From Octopus bimaculoides (lineage: Eukaryota), in NCBI RefSeq assembly GCF_001194135.2, contig NC_068982.1:41176257-41240256 (forward strand): a stretch of 64,000 bases of DNA, given 5' to 3'. The number at the start of each line of letters is the position of its first letter. Within the stretch, counting starts at the first letter, position 1. A program made the position numbers and the translations under genes. Below are positions 38,931 through 52,732 of the stretch, piece after piece. The notes beneath the pieces were generated by a model, which was not told the origin of the DNA, made no database searches, and saw only the letters and a list, made by a program, of their open reading frames with translations.

Positions 38931-41448
38931 CTACCTCACAAATCTGTACCTCCTCCTCCCTTTCATTGAATTTCTCAGTTAGGATGACACTAAATCACTA
39001 ACCATATGAAGGGTCCTTAAGCTTCCAAATCCTTCTTTTCCAGATTGGTTTATTTCTTGGAATCCTTCTGGCCTGGAGTCTAAAGTCACTAATGTATATA
39101 TATATATATATATTGAAATACATAAACAAATACGATACCACATAAACTCTCAATGTATTAAACGTTATCTCTGCTATTACTAAATGGCAATAGATAACAG
39201 CTCCACATGACAAGGGGAGATAATCTCAAGAATTCACCATAGTTGATATGCTAGTATGGAAAAGGACAGTCTTGGATGTGCACATATATAAATGTGTGCG
39301 TATGTATATATATGGGGTATATCTTGTATGTACAATTAAATGTATAAGTGCAACTGATGAGTTTAGAGCTTCTTATAGATTAGTAGTTTTCAACGGAGAT
39401 CCATGTAAGATTTTTAGAGGTCCACACAGGAGAATAGTAAACTGGGGATCCCCAATAGTATTTCAAGGGCCCTTGAACATTTTCGTTTTATGCATTGCCA
39501 GAAACAGTTAGGTTTCTTTCTGTAACATTTTACCAAGTTCAACCCATCCAAGTTAATGTGTGAAAAACAAAATCAGAATTTCAAAGGAAGTTTCTTTGAA
39601 ACTAATTTTTAAGCATCAAATGGCTAGGGGTGTTCCCAGAATAAAACAATAATCAAAGGAATCCATAGACAAAAAATGGTTGAGAATGCATAATACAGAT
39701 TATCATCATCCAGTCAAGTGGTTTGGTTACTACTATATGTAGAACTACAGAGCAAATGGAGAAATTATGATAAACACAAGTGATATAGTCAAGAGCACAT
39801 TTTGCATCAAAAGCCAATACAAGTTTCTCTCATGGTATCTACTGTAGTATAGTTTGTTCTAACAGAACATCCATATTTAAAACTATGTTTACATTTACTT
39901 TAACACATTTCTGTTTCATGTGCTTTTCCAACTTGACAAGCTTCAACATACCAGCAAATGCTTTGTTTGCCTTTTTTCTATATAGGAACAGAAGTTTCTG
40001 TCTAGCCCCAAATATCTGAGATAGTGTCTATCACTGAGGAGGTGAAATTAAGCTTTAAAAAAACCATGTCAGGTAGTCCATTGATGTCACTTGAATGTTG
40101 AATTGACCCCAGTACTTTATTTTTGAAGCCTGGTACTTATTCTACTTGTCTCTTTTACCAGATCACTAAGTTATGGGGATGTAAACACCCCAACACTGGT
40201 TGTCAAGTAAGGGGGGGGGCGGCAAAGACATACACACACACACATACGGGCTTCTTTCAGCTTCGGTTGGCCCAAGACTATAGAAGACACTTGCCCAAGG
40301 TGCCATGCAGCGAGACTGAACTCAGAGCCATGTAGTTGAGAAGCAAGCTTCTTACCACAGAGCCATGCTTAGAATAAACATACACATTATTTTGATCCTC
40401 ACTGCTTCACATGACGATACTGCATGGATAATTCCAGTAAAATGCTTAAGTATTTGACGTCTCAACAAGACTGAAATTTTCATTCTACTCATGCACAATA
40501 TCAAGAAACTTTGTTATTGATAGACACCACTTTCAAGATGGAATTAAGTACATGGGAGATTAATCTTCTGAAATTGCAAGCTATATGCCACTTATGCTTT
40601 TTTAAATCTTGAATCATTCTTATCTAGTCATGGCCAAATGTTTAGAACACAGGTCTGAAAATTAGAAACTTTTTTTTTTAATATGAAATGCCCAAATATA
40701 CATTGTCTATATTGGTATCAAATTGGACTTTGAAACTTTTTTTAAAAATTATGTCCAACTCTTTGTTACAACTATAAAGTAATCCAGATCTGATTGTGAA
40801 AGATTCATAGAACTAGTCTTCAATTTCTGTAAAATTAGATGAAATAAAACCTACACATAGCAATTACACCATTTTCCCATTCCAGTCAAGCTTTGTAATG
40901 AATCATAACCACTCGGCAACACCTACTTCAAGGTTGGTGAATTTGGATACTGTTGCATGCTCTTTGAAAAAAAAAAAAAAAAGGCTCTACATCCAGACTG
41001 TTCAATGTTCAATACATTAGAGAATATCATAGTTCAAAACATGTCAAGTGTAGCAAGAAGAAGAGCTTCTGGGGCTGTACAATATCAGCCAAAATCTGCT
41101 GAATCCATGGGCAAGGATCGGAAGGTGGACATTACAATGAAGATGATAATGACCAACTTATTTTGAGAGATGAATTGAAAATTTGCATCATTCACATAGG
41201 AACAGATAGCAACTAGCCTAATCTACTTCTCACCTGAAAAAAATTTAGCTATTAAAAAATTGTTCAGCCATAAAGCAATTAGAAAAATTTCAGCCAAGTT
41301 TCCAGATTTAAACACACTTTTAAAGATCAATAAAATGACTCAGTTTANNNNNNNNNNNNNNNNNNNNNNNNNNNNNNNNNNNNNNNNNNNNNNNNNNNNN
41401 NNNNNNNNNNNNNNNNNNNNNNNNNNNNNNNNNNNNNNNNNNNNNNNN

Positions 41449-43790
41449 TTTATGCAATTAGCTTTAAATTAAATAGTAATTAAAACTTTAAACAGTTGTT
41501 TTTATGTAATTATATCAGAGGAAGCAGTTTACAAATTCAGAGACAAAATTTCTGTTCAAAATCCAAGATAATTTCTCAGATACCAGTTTGGTTCTTTATA
41601 ATTACAAAATATTTTTTAGATCTTAACTGGTAATATGAAAGAGTGAAATATGAATGTGGGGAGAGGAAAAAAAAAAAAAAAAAAAAAACTTGAAAAGAAA
41701 GGGTATTACAAACTTGTACAAAGCAAGCGGCACAAACTTGCCAGTTACAAAAGAATGAGATATCAATAGAAACTGAGAGAAATTATTGTCCGGAGTGGCA
41801 ATTGATTTATAATTTGAACAACATGATTGAAAGATGGAAATATGATAGGAACTGGGAAAGAAATTTGAACTGGTAAAAGCGAAGCAACCTGGATAGCATT
41901 TTGAAGGAATATTAACTATAGAAAAATAAACATTTTCTGTATTAAAAAAAAAAAATCATAATCTTAACGTACTAAAGAAGTACATGAAAAACAAATCCAA
42001 TGTAGCTTACATATTTTAGTAGAATATTGAATATTTTAGTTAATAAGCAAAATCTTATGAAGTCTTACATACACTTGCAAAGAGAATCTTAAAAACTTTT
42101 GCAACTGTTAAAGGTCGATCCATTATGGAAATTGTTACAACTTGTTAAACAAGCTCAACTGAATTAACACTGAAATACTGAGGACAACTACAAAAGAATT
42201 TTCAAAACATTTATATTCTCAAAATAGTTTTGAGAAATGATCTAACTAGTTAGTCATATTCAGAAAATCTAAATGTAACTTTACATCATCTATCTCTAAT
42301 CCTTCAAACTAGACTAAGTATTTAAAATTAAGAGTAGATACATCTTTTTGCAAGATGTTACGTGAAACTAATATAGATGTTAAGTAATGTTTTATGTTCA
42401 CAGCCATGATACACAAGGTTATCACAGAAAGAAGAGGAGCTCAAGTTCACATTTGATCAAATAAAACAGTCTTAGCATTTGGTCTAGATTTTTTTCTTTG
42501 ATAATTACTAGCATCAGGAAAATATCTCTTTTCAGGAAGAGACAATGAGGTTATAAAAATTAATAAGGAAGCTGCAAGTAAATCAAATTATTAATAAGGT
42601 CATAATACTAGCTTTATAACTACCAGATAGTTTGAAACTACAAGCAATTTAAAAGCATACTTCACGTAAAAGAGATCATGTCTGGAAACATTTCAACTTT
42701 AGAGTTTTAGCAGAAAAACTTTTCTAAAGGGAATGAAGAATTATTTGATCAAAGAAAAAAACTAAGAAAAATTTGAAATTAGAACCTGCACATATACAAT
42801 TAATATCCATTTCCTGCAATTGTGATAAAGCCAAAGTTAGAATTTATTAAATAGCTAATCAACCCCACTGGTTTCAAAGAACGTAAAATTGAAAAAATGT
42901 GACGTTCATGCCTTTCCCAAGAGCACCAGGCCCTGGCCCTGAGAATTTAAACATTCAGTTCAACAATTCATTTCCATTCTGTGACAGAGCCTCTTATCTC
43001 CCCAGATTGCTGCAATAAATGACAGAGCACAGGAGAGGGGAAGTAACTTAAAAACACCATAAAACCTGCCAAATTCATTGTTAACAATGGTACTTTTTTT
43101 TAGTTTCACAAAATTAAATGTCCTATTAGATCTGCCATCTCAAATTACACCTGCCTTTCTTTATCAAACCAATTATATATTTTTGTTTCTGCTAATCTCT
43201 GTATCCTTCATTTTTCATACTCAATGTAAAAAGAAAACAAAAAAGAGAAATCCACTAAGTTTTTAAAATAAATTCTATTGAGTTTTGTAGTTAACTGGGA
43301 GTAAATTTTAACAAACAAATGCAAACATGAAAGAACACAAAAAAAAAAAAAAGACTGATCACAACTTCATATAAATCACCATAAAAAGAAATCTAAGAAT
43401 GAAACAGTTGACATGACCAAAACCACAAGGTTAAAAAAAAAACATGTAAACAAAACTTCTTAATCCACTACACATGGATTATTTTATACATATTTCAAAT
43501 ATTAAGGCTGATAAAAGAGAACTTTTATCTCTTGAACACACACCCAGACAGTAACCATTTTAAATACAAATAACAAGGTAATTTACAAATTTTCTAATTT
43601 CCAAATCATAATTATATGCTAATTAAAAACAAAATGACAATTTTNNNNNNNNNNNNNNNNNNNNNNNNNNNNNNNNNNNNNNNNNNNNNNNNNNNNNNNN
43701 ATACTAGTCTCCTCAAAAGAAGAAGAAAAAAAAAAAGCTGGCTTTTCCATTGCTTTACTAATTATAAATTTTTCTTAAACCCTAATGTTG
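41449..43790 (-). other. Probable long 3' UTR of the PGC-1-like gene
   Basis: At least 2.3 kb downstream of the stop with no recognisable SINE/MITE. Interrupted by the gap at 43645-43700 and bounded by the gap at 41348-41448. The poly(A) site was not located. Confidence 0.45.
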
Positions 43791-43894
43791 TCAATGTTTC
43801 CTGTCACGTTTCCATTCTTTTAAAAGTTGCTCAAACGACACATTAGATGTTTTGATTACTGTTCCAAACTCCTCTTCATCTTCCACCAAACCAT
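43791..43894 (-). CDS. PPARGC1: PGC-1-like last coding exon (DGLVEDEEEFGTVIKTSNVSFEQLLKEWKRDRKH*)
   Basis: T-tract ending in cccag acceptor. FEQLLKE parallels the human C-terminal FDSLLKE. TGA at 43793-43791. Confidence 0.94.
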
Positions 43895-44165
43895 CTGGGA
43901 AAAAAAAAAAAAAAAGTAAAAAATGTCTACTATTGCTTGCATATTTAAAAAATTTCACTTAAACGCAATAGATATTAGCAATTATATCATGGAAGAACTA
44001 GCATTTCCTTAACTTGACAAAAATCTTGTTACATTTCTATGACCTGCTTAATGTCGAAGATGCAAGTAAATTGGTGTTAATAACCACACAGTCCCACTGT
44101 GAGCAGCTTAGACAAGTGTCCTTTACCATAGCTCTGGGCTAATGAATACTTTTTATACATACACA

Positions 44166-44750
44166 CAGGGTATCAAAAAAAAAAAAAAATTAACATTATT
44201 TGAAACGTGAATATCTGAGTACAGTAATCCCTTGACTATCACAGGCATTACATTTCAAAATACCATGATAGGTGAAAATCCACAAAGTAGAAACAGTACT
44301 GTACATTTTTCTAAAATTTTTTTAATAATTTGTATATATTTATTTTATTATAAATGCAAAACAACACCACGCAGGAATCAATGTAAGCTTAAATAACAAA
44401 CAACGATATGGCAAGGGATTACAGTAACTACATGTGGCAAACGAAATTAAATGGGCTTCATGTTGAACAATAAAAGATTTATCAAAATTCAAACAAGAGA
44501 TTCAGAGGGATGTAGATTTTTATAACTGAGTTCAAAAATGTTCAATATGCACAGGGCCTGTGACATGACACATGTCAAGTCAGTCGCCCAGCTTCTGCGC
44601 AACATGCTGTAGCAGATCTTGCATAACATTCTCCAACACCTCAACGATTCTCTACTTGAGTTTCTCTAGTCCTTTCACATAGCCTCATAGAAAAAAATCA
44701 CAAGATGTCAAGTTAGGTGAACGTGGTGGCCATTTCAATAGCGCATTGTC
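44166..44750 (-). mobile_element. Tc1/mariner-superfamily (DD37D/DD41D-like) transposase 3' fragment
   Basis: The minus strand encodes WPPRSPNLTSCDFF followed, after a frameshift, by a GYVKG-like segment. The terminus cagggtatc is at 44166. Confidence 0.55.
44222..44424. mobile_element. Tigger/pogo-type MITE (203 bp) nested in the previous element
   Basis: TIR cagtaatcccttg / caagggattacag, with TA duplicated at 44220-44221 and 44425-44426. Confidence 0.75.
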
Positions 44751-46111
44751 ATCACTGGCATGCCCAATTTGGCAGAAAGACACTTGCACCAGGTGGTATG
44801 CAGCGGGACTGAACTTAAAACTAAAATCTCTCTCAAACTACAGACTGCTTTCTAATGTCTGTAGTGAAATAAAAGTTGAAGAAAAAAATTTATGGAAAAT
44901 CACTCGTGCCAGTGTCACATAAAAAAAATTTTTAAAAAATATAAAGAAAACACACACACACCAACACTGACACAGTTCATCAAAGCTAATAAACTGTCCA
45001 ACCCACACCAGAATGAAAAACAGATATTAAATGATGATAGTATGGGAAACACCATATTGAAAATATAACAATTTTCCTTCTTTAGTTTCACATATTCCTA
45101 TTTTATTCATGCATTTTTTGATTTGTTTTATTTCACTAATTATTGTTTGCAGTACTGGAAAGTGCTTGTTGGTAAATATTTGTAAAATATGCTATAAATA
45201 AAAATGTGAACAGTTGACAGTTTATTCTGCCAATCAGGCTTATGGGATTGCAAGGAGAAATAAAACTATAGCTTAACTTATACCTCAGCCTAAACATAAA
45301 CTAGTATAAACAACAGCAACAAGAATCAGCTTCTGCAATATATAACAATTTATATTCACATGATCATCATCACTTAATGTCTGTTTTCCATGCAGTCATG
45401 GGTTGGATGGTTTGACAGGAGCCAACCAGCTGAAGGGCTGCTCAGACATGGTTTCTATGGCTGGATGCCCTTCCTAATGCCGATCACTTTACAGAATGTA
45501 CTAGGTGTTTTACATGGCATCAGCACCAACGAGCCCATGAGATTAGGGATGCTCAGCTGGAGAGGGTTGCAAGGGATGAGCCTGTATGCAAGGACAACCA
45601 AACTTTACTTAGTTTGACATGTCTTTTCAAGCACAGCAAACTGCCACAAGTCTTGGTTCCCTGCCAACCAGTCTGTGAATCCCAACATCTGTAGATCTTT
45701 ACTCATCATTCATCCCACAACTTCCTTGCTCTACCCCTTCCACATGTTTCCTCTACAATTAGAGATCGGTACTTCTTGATGGAGCCGTCTTTGTTCATAA
45801 GCATTACATGTTCACACCAGAAGTCTTTTCTCTTGCGGACACATTCTTTTAGGTCCTCATTTTTTTTCTATTCACATTTCACTAAAAAATACTACCACAC
45901 ACTACTATTTTGTACAGAGTAAGCAGATTTACAATACCTGATAAAAAAAAGTTGCTCATTTAGAGATATTATGTTGACCAAAAGCACACCCAAGTTTCAT
46001 ATTATTGCTCTATTTCACATTGTCAGATTTTTAATTCTAATATCCCTATTATAGGAATAAAAATGGAAGCAAAACCAGTGAAAATAATAACAAAAATAAT
46101 TAGATGTTTAC

Positions 46112-46195
46112 CAAGATCAGCATAAGATTCTTGACAAAATGTTCTCCGTCCACCAAAACAAACATCAAATGGAAAATCTTTTATTTTACTAGTTG
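46112..46195 (-). CDS. PPARGC1: PGC-1-like RRM exon 3 (ATSKIKDFPFDVCFGGRRTFCQESYADL)
   Basis: FGGRRxFCxxxYADLD is conserved in the family. ttttag acceptor, gtaaac donor, phase 1 to 1. Confidence 0.95.
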
Positions 46196-46817
46196 CTAAA
46201 AAAATAAATAAAAGAAGTAATTAATATAATTCTTAATGGAAAACAATTGAATAAAAGAGCAAGATAAAGCAATATAGAAGCAGATGTGTTAGAAACTAAT
46301 GCTCATTTAGTTAAGAAATTTGTTTCACAGCATCGTGTTCACCACACCTATCCTACTGCACATCATAAACAGGTTGATTAATAGTTCTATGAGTGGAATT
46401 TGGTAAGTGGAATTTGGTAAAAAAGAAACTGCGCAGAATCTTGTCATTTGTGTGTTTTAGTTTGTTTGATGTCCATTCCCCCATGCTAGCATTAATTGGA
46501 GAATTGTTTAACAACTGAATACCTTTCTTGTCATTAACCCTTAGGCGTTTCTTCAAGTAAGGGATCTATTCCACTTACAGAGTTATAGGACAATTTGTTC
46601 ACTAATTTTTATCACATGAGCATGTACACACACAAAGAGGGTATGTGCGTGTATAAATACAGATAGTAAGAAGTTTGCTCCCTAACTACATGGTTTCAAG
46701 TTCAGTCCCACAGCATGACATCTTGTGCATGTGTGTTCTATAGCCCTGAACCAACCAAGCCTTTACAGTAGATTTAGTAGGCAGAAACTGAAAGAAACCT
46801 GTGTTTGTGTTTATGTT

Positions 46818-46895
<78 letters not shown>

Positions 46896-47159
46896 GAACC
46901 ATGCTAATAGGTTAGGAGTAAAATTAAAAATTTCTCAGTTTTCTGTGAATCAATTTTCATAAAACTTATCCCAGCTGGTTTGCACACGGTGGCAACACCA
47001 TTGTTGTGCTTTCTTTTTTATTTCCAACTCTTCAGTTTTGGGGCGAACCACACTTAATAGCTTTTGAATGAAAATACCCCATCTGGACATTTTCTTTTCA
47101 GAAAGTGAAGGGTAATGATACATATTGAGCATACATTGAGTATATATCTAACAGAAAAC

Positions 47160-47900
47160 CATAATATTATAACATTTATTGGCATAATGAATTATTTAGC
47201 ACATGAGCACCAAAGAAGCAATGATCCGATTGTGGGACCTCCAAGACTTTGACAGCTAGGAATTTAAGGAATATTGGCTGCAAGTTACATGGGAAACCTG
47301 GACTAACAAGCAAAGTCATTTTCACCATCTCTGGACTTCATCACTGAAAACCACCAGAAATTGCATACTTGGGATCCATGCAAGAACCCCTGAAATTGCC
47401 TCCTCACAAGAGTTTTAAGCTTCAATGGGCCCAAAAGTACATGACATTAGACATGAATTGTGTCCTGTTCACTGACGAAACCAGAGTGACCCTTGATGAA
47501 CCTGACAGTTAGGCAAATAGGTCTATTTTGGAGATGAGCTTCACCAACGTTTACAACGTCAACAGGGTGGAGTCATGTTGTGGGCCGGTATCATTGGGGA
47601 CAGACTTGTTGGTCCCGTCAGGGTGCCTAGAGAGTAAAGTGACTGCAGCTGCCCACTGCAATCTCCCGAATGAGGTCTTGGATCCCTGGCTAGATGACAT
47701 ACTGCTGTCACTTGAAAAAATCTTGTATTCATGCACGACAATGCTTCCTCCCACTCTGTTAGGACCACTCAAATGAGTGACCATCAAAGCTGCAGCAGAG
47801 GCAGTCCAACCTGCTATTATTAAGAAATTGAGAGATTCCATAACTAATAGGGTTTCTGAAGTTATCCATCCAAATGGTGCTCACATGGTTAAATAATTCA
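47160..47900 (+). mobile_element. Tc1-family transposase fragment, degenerate
   Basis: LQWAQKYMTLDMNCVLFTDETRVTLDEP, QGGVMLWAGII and FMHDNASSHS motifs across frameshifts. Confidence 0.85.
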
Positions 47901-48481
47901 CTATGTCATTAAATGTTACACTATTCTTTTCTACTATAGGCACAAGACCCAAAATTTTTGGAGAGAGGGCCAGTGGATTAGATCGACCCAGTATGCAACT
48001 GGTACTTAATTTATCAACCCCAAAAGGGTGAAAGGCAAAGCCTACTGCAACAGAATTTGAACTCAGAACATGAAGACAAATGAAATGATGGTAAGCATTC
48101 TGTCCAGTGTGCTAACAATTCAGTCAGCTTGCTGCCTTACATGATTTCAATAGCAGTCCACCCTGCTGGGTGGCTGGTGTTAGGAAGGACATCCAGTTGT
48201 AAAAAGCGTACCAAAACAGACACAGAAGTCGGATGCAGGCTCCTGTCAAATCGACCAGCCCATGTCAGCATGGAAGGCAGATGTTAACTGATGATGATAT
48301 TGGAATCGTATTTAACTCTTGATAACAATCAGTCTGAGACTACTCCTAGATCTATGAATTAAGCCACCTGTTTAAAGTAATCGGAATTAAAACTTTTGCA
48401 TTATTTTTCAAAACCAACTGAAAAAAGTGGTGTAACTTTGACAGAAATATTGTAATGAAAGGGTTAAAATTTAATACATAC

Positions 48482-48540
48482 CATCCATACTAAGGTAGGC
48501 ATCACTTTGGTGATAAAATGTAACAAATCCATAATTATCG
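48482..48540 (-). CDS. PPARGC1: PGC-1-like RRM exon 2 (HDNYGFVTFYHQSDAYLSMD)
   Basis: RNP1 motif YGFVTF. ttacag acceptor, gtatgt donor, phase 2 to 1. Confidence 0.95.
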
Positions 48541-48595
48541 CTGTAAAAAGAAACAAGATATATAATTTAATGTAACACTTTAATTATAATGGTGA

Positions 48596-48688
<93 letters not shown>

Positions 48689-48689
48689 A

Positions 48690-48840
48690 GTGGTTGGTGT
48701 TAGGAAGGGCATCCAGCTGTAGAAACTCTGCCAAATTAGATTGGATGGTGTTGCCAGCCGGTTTCACCAGTCCGCAATCAAAACGTCCAACCCATGCTAG
48801 CATGGAAAGCGGACGTTAAACGATGATGATGATGATGATA
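48690..48840 (+). mobile_element. Short (GAT)n-tailed retroposon sharing the RTE 3' end
   Basis: ggaagggcatccagc...ccatgctagcatggaaagcggacgttaaacgatgatgat. Similar copies at about 8130-8260, 14580-14735, 18480-18650, 45365-45520, 48170-48300, 50160-50320, 54200-54385, 57970-58022 and 60920-61100. Confidence 0.7.
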
Positions 48841-49788
48841 CACACACACACCTTTATAAATACACATACATATAAATATGTACAAAGAGCTTTTACATAA
48901 AATTAATTTTTTTAAATTTCACTTATATTCTAAAACTAAATTGAATTTTGTATCTCTGAATTCATATAAACTCCATATAATCGCATTTTATAATCAAAAT
49001 ATTAAAATTATTTTCAAGTCAACCAGAATGGGTTTTTAGACCGTTCTGATATATGTACTTTCTCCTATAAAATTGAAAAATGTCACCACCTGGAATTCTT
49101 ACACACACACACACACACACGTGTGTGTGTGTGTGTGTGTGTGTAAGCTACCAAAAGGATTGGCAACAGAAAGGGCATCATCATCACCCTTTTCCCATGC
49201 TGGTATGAGTTGGATGGTCTGGCAGAATTTGTCAAGCTCCAGAGACATGTCAAATTCCAATGTCAGATTTACCAGGGTTTCTATGGCTGGATGCACTTGC
49301 AAACACATCCAGCTGTAAAATAAACCCCATAGAAAACAATGAGAATGGAGAACAACCACTACCGAATTTTAAACCAGCCATGTCAGCTTATCCTACCCAT
49401 TTTATGTTCAAACTGGCCAGATCTGGCCTTTCACACCAATTCTAATAATAAACAATCATATCACTGAAATCTTGAGGCTACAAGGATTAATTCAAAACAA
49501 TGTGAATAAACAAGCATTACAGTGGACAGAGTAATCTGAATGCTAAAGGCTTAAATTTTCTTTTCAATAACATTATAGTGCCTTCCTGACTATTGCCTAC
49601 CTAACTGGATTAAAAAAAAAAAAAAAAGACAGCTTTCATTTAACAAATGACTTGTGAAGAACCAGTTAACCATTATACAGTTCAAGAAATGGCTCTGCAA
49701 TTTATGCAACAGTCAAATTTTTAGAACTATTTACCACATGCTATTTTAATGAGAAACAAGCACAGAATAGAACTAAAAATGTACTTAC

Positions 49789-49910
49789 TGATGCTCTCTG
49801 AAATGTAAGCTGACTTTTTCTACCGGGCCCCATTTACTAAATAACTCCTTTAGTTGATTAGAGGTGTAATTAAGAGGTAATTTGCCAACATAGACAATAC
49901 GGCGCTCTTC
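49789..49910 (-). CDS. PPARGC1: PGC-1-like RRM exon 1 (EERRIVYVGKLPLNYTSNQLKELFSKWGPVEKVSLHFREH)
   Basis: EERR(V/I)xYVG is the diagnostic RRM start of PGC-1alpha/PRC/Spargel. ttgcag acceptor, gtaagt donor, phase 0 to 2. Confidence 0.96.
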
Positions 49911-51189
49911 CTGCAACAATGAATTAAAAATTATTTGATGGAGACCAGTAATAACATGTCAACAAAAAACAAAATCATGTGGGTTTGGAAATTATTTGGA
50001 CTAACTGGAAATGTAATGCAACACCATGTCAGAGACATGCAAAACACTCCAGTTTACCAAACCAATAAAAGTTCCATTCCTACTTCATAGTTGAACAAGA
50101 TTCATTTCACCCATGCCACACACGAACAACCTCATTGAGATGTAGGCCACATGGGACATGGGTCATAATCCACATTTAACATTTGTTTCCCATGCTATCA
50201 TGGGTTAGATGGTTTTACCAGAGTCGGTAAGCTGGAGAGCTGCACCAGGCTCCAGTCATCTGTTTTGGCATGGTTTCCATGGATGGATACCCTTTCTACC
50301 ACCAAGTACTTTACAAAGCGTACTGGGCGTCTAAGGTAATTTTTTGTTAGGCATGCTATTCAGAAAATCTCGTGGGCCACAATTTGCCCACAATTTATCT
50401 ATGCTAATAAAAAGAAATAAATTAAATAATAAAAAAATATAGTTTAATGCAAGTCACGAAGAGGTGATACAACCCATTTTCTTTGAGATAAAAACTTAAG
50501 TAAACAAAGTAGTGCTTATATCATTATCACCATTGTTCTTACATCCACTTTTCTATACTTGCATAGATGAGATGGAATTTGAGGCAGGTTTGCTACAGCT
50601 AGATACCCTTCCAATTGCCACTAACCTTCACCTGGTTCTCAACAAAGTAATATTCTCCCTGGCCTGACAGGTTTTTCATGGAAGACTAGTAACAAACAAC
50701 ACTGCTTGTATGACAATGAAGCATATTTACAATCACCACATGATGTCAAGACAAGAGTAGACACATATACACACACACACATCATATATGTGATGGATTT
50801 CTTTCAACATGTATCTACCAAATTCTCTCAAAAGTTTGGTCAACCTGGGGCTACAGTATAAGACACTCGGCCAAGGTGCTGTGCAGTGGGACTGAACCAC
50901 ATAGTTGGGAAGGAACCAAGCTTCTTAACCACACAGCCATGTACACACTATATGGGCTACATATAAACTGAGCAACGCATCACCATTATCATTACACCTA
51001 GGACTGTTTGTTTTATCCTCCCAATCAATAAATTTAACTTTACCAGAAACAGCTTCATGAAATTCCACTATCTAAGCTCAATGCACATAGAACAATTTTA
51101 AACAGAAAAATCTTGAAGCAAGCTAAGCAACAATTATAATTTTAAATAACTGATAAATTCTAAATAACTAAAAGGAATTCTGCTATTAC

Positions 51190-51235
51190 CTGATGTGTGT
51201 CTTTGTCATGGTACTTTGTCAGAGAGCTTCGCCGT
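51190..51235 (-). CDS. PPARGC1: PGC-1-like short exon (RRRSSLTKYHDKDTHQ)
   Basis: Long T-tract ending in gacag acceptor, gtaata donor, phase 2 to 0. Confidence 0.87.
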
Positions 51236-52174
51236 CTGTCATGAAAAAAAAAAGAAAAAGTATGAAATACATTACAAAAGGAAGAGATAAATCAGCAGTG
51301 AAAATTATATATCTATATTATATACAGGAAAAACTTTAATCTAGTACAGTGTTTCCAAATCTTTTTCACTGAAAAACCAAACTAAAACACTTTTACAAAT
51401 ATGTAATGTGAACCTTTATAAAAATACATTATATGATTGAGACGGGGGGNNNNNNNNNNNNNNNNNNNNNNNNNNNNNNNNNNNNNNNNNNNNNNNNNNG
51501 GGGTAACATTATCCAATTATGGTGGTTCAAACTTGCAACTCACAGAATAACCTGCTAAAGTTTTGCTCAAATGATTTAATTTTACTCAGAAAATCTGCTA
51601 AATACATTCTCTGCACGTGTTTACAAAATACTGACCACGAAACACAGTGGATTGTGAATAAAGCATTTCCTTTTTGCTGCCAACTTGTTTGAAGGGCATT
51701 TTTGCAAATCGAGACCTGTGTAAAATTTGCTTAAAACAGAGTATGACCCCCACCCCCAATCTAATTTTGTCTGAGCTGCTCAGATTGTTTACACAAGAAA
51801 CAATTATTGAAAATCAAATTATATGACACAGCTCAAATGTCAACTTCAGCATCTATGTTTATGGGTAAACACTATCATAACAAACAGAGATTATCAGCTT
51901 TCAACTAAAAGAGGTGTATCATAAGACCCCTGGACTTGTTAGTTGACAACAATGATTCAATCAACTTTCAATGCTACTGTAATATAATTTTGTTCACTGT
52001 CCCACTTCATGGTTATTAATGTTCCACAATTTTGCACACGCCATTCTTCTTGCATTTAATACTCACTCACTCAATACAGATCCTACTAAGAACCACTGAA
52101 CTAGGCAAATACATGCACAAAAAGCAAAAATGAAGAATCTTAAATCTTATCAAATAATTACTGACAGAGAATTA

Positions 52175-52350
52175 ACCCATTCGTTACCATATTTTTAAAA
52201 TTAAAAAAATTATTAATATAACTGATATTTCTCAGCTGGGGTTTGGAATATAAATTAACATGAAATTTTAATTTAGATCACTTTAAAATGGGAAGTATGT
52301 ATCATAGTATCAAGGGCAGTTTCAGGTGGGTTGGTATCTAAAGGGTTAAT
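52175..52350. mobile_element. Second TTAA-flanked MITE family (ttaacccattcgttaccata...ggtatctaaagggttaa)
   Basis: An inverted homologue is at about 3990-4217 and a partial one at about 48310-48470. Confidence 0.6.
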
Positions 52351-52471
52351 AGAAAAGAAAATATAGTCTGACAAGAGAAATGGTTCCTTTATAAAAATGT
52401 CCATAAAAGAAGCACCATTTCCATTGTCGATTGACGGAGAAGATTGAGATGACTGCAACGACAGTACATAC

Positions 52472-52732
52472 CTAGATCTGTGATGATTAGAATATCTGTA
52501 AGGAGAACGAATACGAGAATAATTTCGATTATGTCTTGAAACTTTCTGTAATGAATATCTACTTCGATGCCGCGAGAATGGTGATGGGGATCGATCCCGT
52601 GATGATGTGTAATCACTGTAGGGGGAAAACTGACCACTTCTAGAATCACTACTAGGAGACGTTGACCTTGAACTTGACTGTGACCAGCTTGGAAATTCTT
52701 CAGTTGGAGAATCAGAAGGTGATGGTGAACTG
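52472..52732 (-). CDS. PPARGC1: PGC-1-like Ser/Arg-rich exon (SSPSPSDSPTEEF...RDRSPSPFSRHRSRYS...RIRSPYRYSNHHRS)
   Basis: ttttcag(cag) acceptor, gtatgt donor, phase 2 to 2. The real frame differs from the ORF-track frame. An SR-rich tract before the RRM is typical of PGC-1. Confidence 0.9.

Noticed and set aside
43870-43894. Alternative frame WFGGR* in the last PGC-1 exon
   Set aside because: Chance resemblance followed by an immediate stop. The true FGGRR is in exon 46112-46195.
46353-46556. ORF MKKRLRVNDKK... as a possible PGC-1 exon
   Set aside because: The RRM is complete without it, there is no fitting splice pair, and it shows no family similarity.
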